From: an uncultured Flavobacteriaceae bacterium
Lineage (GTDB): Bacteria; Bacteroidota; Bacteroidia; NS11-12g; UBA955
DNA length: 59,177 nucleotides
Assembly: GCA_964554385.1 (NCBI GenBank)
Contig: CAZKOM010000001.1
Coordinates: forward strand, 1-59,177
Reading direction: 5' to 3'
Positions 47,452 to 55,242 of this stretch are shown here, piece by piece. Both the position numbers and the translations under genes were made by a program. Every line of letters starts with the position of its first letter. Position 1 is the first letter of the stretch. The notes beneath the pieces were generated by a model. That model searched no databases. It was not told where the DNA came from and saw only the letters and a program-made list of their open reading frames with translations.

Positions 47452-47769
47452 GTGAGCAAACTGGATTACAACAAGATTAAAAACTTTGCCGCTGCGAAGA
47501 GAATTCCAATTAAGGAATTAGCAAAACGGTGTGACTTAAGTGAACAAGGATTTCACTACATGCTTAAAAAACAAACCATGAGAGTTGACACCTTGGAGAA
47601 AATTTGCGAAACATTGGGTGTTTCTATGTACGAGCTGTTTGATGATTCTACGGAGAGTATTTTGTCTACTGTAGTTTCAGGACAGCAAGGTAATCATCAA
47701 AAAGAAATGCTTGATCGTCTCGACAAAATTATTGAATTATTGAAAGTAGAAAAATACCATTTTCAATAA
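47452..47769 (+). CDS. XRE-family helix-turn-helix transcriptional regulator
   Basis: HTH_3-like segment IPIKELAKRCDLSEQGFHYMLKKQTMRVDTLEKICETLGVSMYELF followed by a short helical tail. GTG start. The 3' end overlaps the convergent lyase gene by 7 nt. Confidence 0.7.
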   Translation: MSKLDYNKIKNFAAAKRIPIKELAKRCDLSEQGFHYMLKKQTMRVDTLEKICETLGVSMYELFDDSTESILSTVVSGQQGNHQKEMLDRLDKIIELLKVEKYHFQ

Positions 47770-48647
47770 TTACTAACTATCCCTTGATAACTCAGCATAG
47801 CTAAATCTTTAGTTGTGCTGAGTTTTTCATTTAATAGGGTACTGTCACTGCCTTCTGCATTTATTAGCCATGGTAGTACATTCTCTGTTGGGATATTTCC
47901 TACGAGTTCATCCTTGGCCATGGGGCATCCTCCAAAGCCAGCCATCGCACCATCAAACCGCCTACAACCCGATGCATAGGCTGCTTTTACTTTAGACTCC
48001 CATTCTAAGGGTTTTGAGTGTAAATGAATTCCTACCTGCAAATGGGGTAACTTACGAGTTACATCTGTAAATATGGAAGAAATGTTTTCTGGTGTTGCAT
48101 TGCCTATCGTATCTGCTAAACTAATAATTCTAATACCTAATGCCGCAATCTTTTGCCCCCAATCTACTATCTCATCGGCATTATATGGATCGCCATAGGG
48201 GTTGCCAAATGCCATACTTAAGTAAGCTACAACTTCTTTGTTTGATGCTGCAGCAATATCTTGGATTTTAGCTAATCGTCGATAGGCTTCTTCACGACTA
48301 GCATTTGTATTTCTTCGTTGGAAGGTTTCACTTATTGAAAAAGGATAACCTAGATAGCTTACATTAGAGAAGGATGCCGCTCTAAGCGCACCGCGTTCAT
48401 TGGCAATTATTACTAATAATTTAGTTGCAGAATTTATTGAACTAATTGCATGCAATACCTCAGCAGTGTCGGCCATTTGTGGAATAGATTCAGGATTAAC
48501 GAAACTTCCGCAATCCAAAACATCAAAACCAATGGTCAGTAAATGCTTTAAATAATTGATTTTTATTTCGGTAGGAATAAATTGTTTGATGCCTTGCATG
48601 GCATCTCTAGGGCATTCCACATAAATCAAATCCTTTACCTCTTCCAT
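47763..48647 (-). CDS. Hydroxymethylglutaryl-CoA lyase
   Basis: The start was moved to the ATG at 48647 (MEEVKDLIYVECPRDAMQG). DRE-TIM motifs (GIHLHS, GGCPMA). Confidence 0.88.
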   Translation of the reverse strand: MEEVKDLIYVECPRDAMQGIKQFIPTEIKINYLKHLLTIGFDVLDCGSFVNPESIPQMADTAEVLHAISSINSATKLLVIIANERGALRAASFSNVSYLGYPFSISETFQRRNTNASREEAYRRLAKIQDIAAASNKEVVAYLSMAFGNPYGDPYNADEIVDWGQKIAALGIRIISLADTIGNATPENISSIFTDVTRKLPHLQVGIHLHSKPLEWESKVKAAYASGCRRFDGAMAGFGGCPMAKDELVGNIPTENVLPWLINAEGSDSTLLNEKLSTTKDLAMLSYQGIVSNY

Positions 48648-48724
48648 GGTCAATTCCCGATAAATACAATGCAATTTAAGTAATTATTCTCTGAGAATAA
48701 TCCCAAATTAGCAAGGCATCGATT

Positions 48725-51124
48725 TTATAAATGGTCAAAGAAATATTGACAAACTTTTTTATATAAATGCGCACGATCGGGACCTATCACATTGTGTTTA
48801 TGTCCAGGATAAACAAAATAATCTAGATTAGCGTTTCCAGATTTAACACAAGCATTTAAGAACATCAAAGAATGTTGCCATACAACAACATTGTCATCTG
48901 CTCCATGAATCATTAATAATCGGCCTCTCAAATTTTTAGCTTGATTAACAAGGTTGTTTTCGGCGTATCCAGTTGGATTTTCCTGGGGTTTATCCATGTA
49001 CCTTTCGGTATACATGATCTCGTAATATTTCCAATCAATAACTGGACCACCAGCAACGCCAACTTTATAATTACCTGCGGCTCTTGTCATTAAACTGGTT
49101 GTCATAAATCCACCGAAACTCCATCCATGAACACCAATTCTTGAACTATCAACCCAAGTTTGTTGTTTCAACCATCGTAATGCGGCTAATTGGTCTTGCA
49201 TCTCAACGTCACCCAGTTTTCTGTGGGTGGCATTCTCAAATTCCAATCCACGATGTGCTGATCCTCTATTGTCAATGGTATAAACGATGTAACCTTTGCT
49301 GGCAAGGAAATGCATCCACAAACTTCCACCACCCAACCAACTGTTAGTTACCATTTGAGCATGAGGTCCACCATAAACATAAACCACTACAGGATACTTT
49401 TTAGTGGGATCAAAATTATACGGTAAAAAAGTACGAGAGTATAAATCATTACCATTGAAATTCTGTTTTTGTATTTTTATCTCACCCAAAGCATATTTGT
49501 CTAGAGGGTTTTTTGAACTGTAAAGGTTAACTGGGCTTGTAGCTGCGTTTGATTTTGGTTCTGTGTTTAATACAACCAACGACATTGGATTTTTTAAATC
49601 TGTATGGTAAATCACTAAATATTTACCGCCTAAACTCAAGAATCCAGTGTTAGTTCCGGTTTGTAATTCATTTCCAGTAATATTCCAATGGTTGGTTTCA
49701 GGTGTTTTACCCTTGTTTTTTACTTTTGGATCTGGAAAAGTTCCATAGTAATAGTTTCTATCCAATGGACTATTTGCGGTGCTTTGATAAATAAAAGCTT
49801 TACCATTGGCAGCAAAGCCTAAGAATTGAGTGACTTCCCATGGTCCGTTGGTCAATTGAGTGATTTTTGGAGAGTTATTTCCTGTTAAAAATTCAAATAG
49901 ATATAAATGATTGAAGCCATTGCCTTCGTGCTCCAAAATGAAGTTTGTATTTGAGTTTGGTAGGAAAATAGGACCATTTTCAGGTTCTACATATTTGGGG
50001 TGTGAGAGTGTGAAATCCGTTGAAACTAGAAGTCCCGATTCAGTACTGTATTTTCTCAACTCCATTCTATTCTGCTCTCTATTCACCCAAGAAATGTATA
50101 AAAACTTTTCATCGGGAGTAAAAGTTAAATTCGTTAGAAATTGATCATAACTTCCTTCACATTTTACATAGACTAATTTTTTACTTAGCGGATCGAAAAT
50201 CCCAACAGTTACGGTGTGGCTGCTATCTCCGGCCATGGGATATCTGAATTGATCAGACTTAGCAGGCCGCTTACTAATATCAAACAACGGATATTCAGGA
50301 ATTCTGAGTTCGTCCATTCGATAAAATGCTAATTTCTTTCCTTGTTTCCCCCAAAATAAACCTTTTGAAATTCCAAATTCATTCTGATGAACTGATTGTC
50401 CGTATACAATACCTTTCCCGCCATCCTCAGTCACTTGATACACAGTTGTTGCATATTTTCCAGAGCTTTTATCAGTTTCTGTCCATCCTTCCAATTGTTG
50501 AACATAAATGTTATCATTTGCAACAAATGCCAACCAATGGTTATTATCTGAAATTTCTTGTGCAACAACATCCAATTTTACGGATTGATCTTGTAAATAA
50601 CCTTCGTCAAATGCAAATCGTGAATTAAGTAATAATTTAAATGTTGGTTTACCAGAATTCTCAATTGTTTTATCCCAAATATTAATAATCGAATTATTGT
50701 AATTAAACCATCCAGAGGTCGCAGATGTCCAATTGATTAAAGGAAAACGTGTTGACTTACTTACGGGTAGTTTGATTGTTGATGACAATAATGCGTTAAA
50801 AGAATCTCTGCTTATTAAAAATGTTTTACTATTTAATGTCTGATAATAATTATTTAAAGAATAGCCCCATAAAGTATCATTTATTACCATGGTAAACGTT
50901 GATTCTCCTTTCCAACGAAACGATGGCGGAGGTTGAGGATTATTTACAGATTGAAAACACTCTTGTAAGCTGATAAATTTTTTTGATTGACCCGTTGCAG
51001 GATCGGTTACTATACCACCAGCGAAAGGGTCGTTATTGATCAGTTTTTCGGAGTCTCCTTGAGAGAATAATAATTGGCTAATTCCTCCAACTATTAACAA
51101 TAACACCGTTTTTCTTATTATCAT
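48725..51124 (-). CDS. S9B family dipeptidyl-peptidase IV-like serine peptidase
   Basis: The start was moved to the ATG at 51124 (MIIRKTVLLLIVGGISQLLFSQ). DPP-IV-type N-terminal propeller. Catalytic domain with DNRGS, the nucleophile elbow GWSFGG, HGADDNVV and PGHKH. Confidence 0.9.
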   Translation of the reverse strand: MIIRKTVLLLIVGGISQLLFSQGDSEKLINNDPFAGGIVTDPATGQSKKFISLQECFQSVNNPQPPPSFRWKGESTFTMVINDTLWGYSLNNYYQTLNSKTFLISRDSFNALLSSTIKLPVSKSTRFPLINWTSATSGWFNYNNSIINIWDKTIENSGKPTFKLLLNSRFAFDEGYLQDQSVKLDVVAQEISDNNHWLAFVANDNIYVQQLEGWTETDKSSGKYATTVYQVTEDGGKGIVYGQSVHQNEFGISKGLFWGKQGKKLAFYRMDELRIPEYPLFDISKRPAKSDQFRYPMAGDSSHTVTVGIFDPLSKKLVYVKCEGSYDQFLTNLTFTPDEKFLYISWVNREQNRMELRKYSTESGLLVSTDFTLSHPKYVEPENGPIFLPNSNTNFILEHEGNGFNHLYLFEFLTGNNSPKITQLTNGPWEVTQFLGFAANGKAFIYQSTANSPLDRNYYYGTFPDPKVKNKGKTPETNHWNITGNELQTGTNTGFLSLGGKYLVIYHTDLKNPMSLVVLNTEPKSNAATSPVNLYSSKNPLDKYALGEIKIQKQNFNGNDLYSRTFLPYNFDPTKKYPVVVYVYGGPHAQMVTNSWLGGGSLWMHFLASKGYIVYTIDNRGSAHRGLEFENATHRKLGDVEMQDQLAALRWLKQQTWVDSSRIGVHGWSFGGFMTTSLMTRAAGNYKVGVAGGPVIDWKYYEIMYTERYMDKPQENPTGYAENNLVNQAKNLRGRLLMIHGADDNVVVWQHSLMFLNACVKSGNANLDYFVYPGHKHNVIGPDRAHLYKKVCQYFFDHL

Positions 51125-51171
51125 GATGAGATATAATTTAGTTTGTTGCAAATTTGCCGTAAAATATTCAT

Positions 51172-51984
51172 ATGAGCCTACAAACAATCATAGAAAATGC
51201 TTGGAACGATAGAGATTTATTAAAAAATCCTGAAACAATAGCGGCAATTGAAACCGTAATTGCTGATTTGGATTTAGGGAAATTAAGAGTTGCAGAGCCA
51301 CTACCATCGGGCGATTGGCAAGTGAACGATTGGGTAAAAAAAGCAGTAATTTTATATTTTCCAACTCGTAAAATGGAAGTAATGCATGCTGGGCCAATGG
51401 AATTTTATGATAAAATGCCATTGAAAAAGAATTATGAACAATTGGGAATTAGGGTTGTACCTCATGCTGTAGCTCGATATGGTAGTTATATTTCTCCTGG
51501 TGTTATTTTAATGCCAAGTTATGTAAATATTGGTGCATACGTAGATCAGGGTACGATGGTTGATACATGGGCTACCGTTGGAAGTTGTGCTCAGATTGGT
51601 AAAAATGTTCATTTAAGCGGAGGTGTGGGTATCGGCGGAGTGTTGGAACCTGTTCAAGCTTCACCCGTGATTATTGAAGATGATTGCTTTATCGGAAGCA
51701 GATGTATTGTTGTGGAAGGTGTTCGCGTTGGAAAACAAGCTGTATTAGGAGCTGGTGTAACATTAACTATGAGTACTAAAGTAATTGATGTTGAAACGGG
51801 TGAAGAATTACCAAAAGGATTTATACCAGAACGCAGCGTAGTAATTCCGGGAAATATTAAAAAAGTTTTTGCGGGTGGTGAATTTTATGTTCCTGCCGCA
51901 CTTATCATCGGAAAAAGAAAAGCATCAACGGATTTAAAGACTTCTTTGAATGATGCATTACGTGAACACAATGTTTCTGTTTAA
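51172..51984 (+). CDS. dapD: 2,3,4,5-tetrahydropyridine-2,6-dicarboxylate N-succinyltransferase
   Basis: N-terminal helical DapD domain (IENAWNDRDLLKNPET...) plus left-handed beta-helix hexapeptide repeats (GAYVDQGTMVDTWATVGSCAQIGKNVHLSGGVGIGG). Confidence 0.9.
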   Translation: MSLQTIIENAWNDRDLLKNPETIAAIETVIADLDLGKLRVAEPLPSGDWQVNDWVKKAVILYFPTRKMEVMHAGPMEFYDKMPLKKNYEQLGIRVVPHAVARYGSYISPGVILMPSYVNIGAYVDQGTMVDTWATVGSCAQIGKNVHLSGGVGIGGVLEPVQASPVIIEDDCFIGSRCIVVEGVRVGKQAVLGAGVTLTMSTKVIDVETGEELPKGFIPERSVVIPGNIKKVFAGGEFYVPAALIIGKRKASTDLKTSLNDALREHNVSV

Positions 51985-52069
51985 TGCTAATATTTTGTTG
52001 ATTTTGAGTACTACTGTTGCATTAATACTTAACTAGTTTATAATTGAATTTAAGTAAGTTAATCGAATT

Positions 52070-53257
52070 TTGAATTCATCGATTTTACATATTGGTTTCG
52101 ATGCTAAACGCTTGTTTTTCAATTCATCCGGATTAGGAAATTACAGTAGAACTTTAATTGAAAATTTAATATTTCAATCAGATCGTGAACTTCAACAATT
52201 TAAAATTTCTCTTTTTACACAGAAACAACCGGGTTTAAAATTCGCAAACAATTATCCTCAAATTGGAAATGCCTTATTGGATAATAGAGTATCCGTTTAC
52301 ACTCAACAGTCCTTCAATCCAATTTGGAGAACATGGGGTATGGGGAAAGCCGTACATAAATTGGGTATGGATGTATTCCATGGGTTATCCAATGAAATAC
52401 CTCAAGATTTGCCCAAAGGAATAATGTCGGTGGTTACTATTCACGACGTACTGTTTAAGCAATTCCCTAAGCAATACTCCTGGTTAGATCGAAGAATATA
52501 TGATTATAAAACGGCGTATGCCTTAAAGCACGCACATAAGATTATCGCCACTTCCCATGCTACAGCTAATTCAATCAGGTCGTATTACTCTATCCCTTTA
52601 TCCAATATTCATGTAATTTATCAATCAATTCAATCAGAGTTTTTTGAAACTGGAATTGAAAATGATCTAACGGAGCAATCTGCGATAACATCGGATTATA
52701 TTTCTCAAATTCTTACATCGGCACCCTACATCATTTATCATTCTACATTTAATTACAGAAAAAATCATTTACGGTTGCTGAAGGCATTTAACTTAATAAA
52801 AGATCAAATTGATTTTAACTTGGTATTGCCGGGTTTCATGGGACATTCATGGAAATCGGTAAATGCTTACATCAAAGAAAATCAATTGGAGAATAGGGTT
52901 GTAGCGATGGGGGCGGTTTCCACTAATCTATTGATTACCTTAATGCATAAGGCAAAAGGATTTATTTATCCATCGTTGAATGAAGGATTTGGAATTCCGC
53001 TGGCAGAAGCAGCCGCCATGAAATTACCGTTTATGGTTTCCGATATACCCGTATTTAAAGAATTAATAGGTCAAGAATCCGATTTTTTATTTAAAGCGGA
53101 GGATATCAATTCAATTGCAAAGGCATTATTGTTTTTGAACGAAATAAATAAAACAACAGATGTAGATGCAAATTGGGCTCAATTGCATCAGTCGATTATA
53201 AATAAAACGCATCCGAAACAAGTGGCAGGGCAGCTGATGGAAATCTATCAATCGTAA
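52070..53257 (+). CDS. Glycosyltransferase family 4 (GT-B)
   Basis: TTG start. N-terminal IGFDAKRLF. C-terminal motif YPSLNEGFGIPLAEAAAMKLPFMVSD (E-x7-E type). Confidence 0.85.
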   Translation: MNSSILHIGFDAKRLFFNSSGLGNYSRTLIENLIFQSDRELQQFKISLFTQKQPGLKFANNYPQIGNALLDNRVSVYTQQSFNPIWRTWGMGKAVHKLGMDVFHGLSNEIPQDLPKGIMSVVTIHDVLFKQFPKQYSWLDRRIYDYKTAYALKHAHKIIATSHATANSIRSYYSIPLSNIHVIYQSIQSEFFETGIENDLTEQSAITSDYISQILTSAPYIIYHSTFNYRKNHLRLLKAFNLIKDQIDFNLVLPGFMGHSWKSVNAYIKENQLENRVVAMGAVSTNLLITLMHKAKGFIYPSLNEGFGIPLAEAAAMKLPFMVSDIPVFKELIGQESDFLFKAEDINSIAKALLFLNEINKTTDVDANWAQLHQSIINKTHPKQVAGQLMEIYQS

Positions 53258-53262
53258 TTATT

Positions 53263-53820
53263 TTATAAATTACTTTTGAAAATTTTAACAGCGATAGCCA
53301 ATAACACTACGCCGAAAGATTTTCTCATGGCTAACAGACCTGCCTGACCTATTTTAGATTCTATCCAACCGGTTGCCTTTACCACAATGAAAATAAATAG
53401 CAAGTTGGGAAGAATGCCAAGTAATATTGTTGTTTCATTGTAGATGGCTTTTAAGGATAGTATGGTTGTAAGTGTACCTGTACCCGCTACTAAAGGAAAA
53501 GCAATAGGTACTACGGAACCACTGGGAATTTCTGGATCTGTTTTAAAAATATCAATGCCCAAAACCATTTCCAAGCCTAGAATAAACATCACAATGCTAC
53601 CAGCAACGGCAAATGACGCTTTATCAACCCCCAAAAAATTCAAAAGAAATTCTCCGGCATACAAAAAACTGATCATCAGAATACCTGCTGCGATAGTGAC
53701 TTTACTCGCATGGATATCAGGGATTTTTTTCTTTAATGATATTATTACCGGAACCGATCCAAGCATATCTATTACGGCAAATAATGTAAAGGCAACGGTG
53801 GTAATCTGACTAAGTTCCAT
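53263..53820 (-). CDS. MarC-family (UPF0056) integral membrane protein
   Basis: 185 aa with about 6 TM helices. The pattern is typical of MarC/NAAT family proteins (FTLFAVIDMLGSVPV...). Confidence 0.7.
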   Translation of the reverse strand: MELSQITTVAFTLFAVIDMLGSVPVIISLKKKIPDIHASKVTIAAGILMISFLYAGEFLLNFLGVDKASFAVAGSIVMFILGLEMVLGIDIFKTDPEIPSGSVVPIAFPLVAGTGTLTTILSLKAIYNETTILLGILPNLLFIFIVVKATGWIESKIGQAGLLAMRKSFGVVLLAIAVKIFKSNL

Positions 53821-53824
53821 AGGT

Positions 53825-54631
53825 TTAACTAAATGGTGAATTGGGTTCTTTGGCTATAACATTATAGGTTAATTTATCTGCTAATCTTGGGAATAGTTTA
53901 TTGATCCAAACAGCTAATTTTCCTTGCAGTGTTAATATTAAATACATTCGTCTTTTTTCAATTGCATTGAGTACTTCAATTGCAACTTCTTCGGAAGACA
54001 TTAAATTCTTTTCGTTTAACGGTGATTCATCTTGGGTTTTACCTTCAGAATTCAGTGCCGTTTTCCGAATATTGCTGGCAGTATATCCAGGACAGGCAAT
54101 TAACACGTGAACTCCAGTTTTTAAATTTTCGCAACGCAAACTTTCTAAAAATCCTTGCATCGCAAATTTGCTTGCGCTGTAGCCTGTGCGCGCAGGCAAT
54201 CCTTTAAATCCAGCAATTGACGAAATACCCACTACGCTGCCTCTATTTTTCAGTAATTCAGGCATTGCATATTGAGTACAATATACCGTACCCCAAAAAT
54301 TAGTATTCATCAATTTTTCCAACACCTCAGAATCGGTATCCTTAAATAAACCACGCATACTAATCCCAGCGTTATTAATTAAAATATCCAATCGACCTAA
54401 GGAATCGATACCTCCCTCAATAAATCGTTTACAATCTGTTTTTAAACTAACATCCCCTCTACAAATAAAAACTACGGCACCCAACTTCTCACATTCCTTG
54501 GCTGTTTCAGTTAATGCTTCCAAATTTCTAGCCATCAACGCTAGGTTAAATCCGCGTTTTGCAGATTCAATGGCTAGTGATTTTCCAATTCCACCACTGC
54601 TTCCTGTTATGAATACGGTTTTTTTTTGCAT
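53825..54631 (-). CDS. Short-chain dehydrogenase/reductase (SDR)
   Basis: TGSSGGIGK cofactor motif, NNAG, and the catalytic YSASK. The start is taken at the ATG sharing one base with the upstream stop (TAATG, MQKKTVFITG). An alternative ATG lies at 54643. Confidence 0.9.
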   Translation of the reverse strand: MQKKTVFITGSSGGIGKSLAIESAKRGFNLALMARNLEALTETAKECEKLGAVVFICRGDVSLKTDCKRFIEGGIDSLGRLDILINNAGISMRGLFKDTDSEVLEKLMNTNFWGTVYCTQYAMPELLKNRGSVVGISSIAGFKGLPARTGYSASKFAMQGFLESLRCENLKTGVHVLIACPGYTASNIRKTALNSEGKTQDESPLNEKNLMSSEEVAIEVLNAIEKRRMYLILTLQGKLAVWINKLFPRLADKLTYNVIAKEPNSPFS

Positions 54632-55158
54632 TAGGATTTCCATTTAATCGAACATCCAACAGCAGGGACCTCCGGATAATCGATTTCTAAGCCATCCAAA
54701 GTATATTCAATTGCATCTTCTAAATATACCTGCATCACGGCATTGGAATTTTCCCAGTTGTCATCAATAGCTCCTTTATATACTAATTCTCTTTTGCTAT
54801 TAAACAAAAATACTTCTGGAGTTCTTTGCGCACCAAGTGATTTGGCAACAGACTGATTTTCATCAAGTAAGTATGGAAAAGGCATGTTTAATTGTTTATG
54901 CAATTGTTGCATTGCGTCCAGTCCATCCTGAGGGTAAGCTACGGTATCATTAGCACTAATTGCCATTACACCTAAATTATCTTCCTCATACTTGTTAGCT
55001 AAACTTATCAATCTAGACCAATAAGCTTGCGCGTACGGACAGTGATTGCAACTTACAATTATTAAAAGTGCATATTTATCAGCAAAATCATAACTGTTTA
55101 CAGTTCTTCCATCGGTAGATGGCAATTCAAAATGCGTTAAAGTATCACCAATATTCAT
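54631..55158 (-). CDS. Thioredoxin-fold redoxin (thiol-disulfide oxidoreductase-like)
   Basis: 175 aa. CxxC-type site in the context IIVSCNHCPYAQ. Thioredoxin/AhpC-TSA-like layout. Confidence 0.7.
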   Translation of the reverse strand: MNIGDTLTHFELPSTDGRTVNSYDFADKYALLIIVSCNHCPYAQAYWSRLISLANKYEEDNLGVMAISANDTVAYPQDGLDAMQQLHKQLNMPFPYLLDENQSVAKSLGAQRTPEVFLFNSKRELVYKGAIDDNWENSNAVMQVYLEDAIEYTLDGLEIDYPEVPAVGCSIKWKS

Positions 55159-55162
55159 ATTA

Positions 55163-55170
55163 CAAAGTTA
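55163..55170 (-). promoter_or_regulatory. -7 box TAACTTTG, 4 nt upstream of the redoxin ATG
   Basis: The minus strand reads aattgTAACTTTGtaatATG. Confidence 0.45.
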
Positions 55171-55242
55171 CAATTATTACCCATTGATAATTTTGAAATT
55201 GATGTTGTTCGATAGGCGCGCATTATCGTAATTTGTAAGTTC

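Noticed and set aside
51148-51157. 10-bp palindrome GCAAATTTGC in the 47-nt divergent gap between the DPP-IV-like gene and dapD
   Set aside because: It is short and AT-rich, and it resembles overlapping imperfect -7 boxes on both strands. That is not enough to call an operator.
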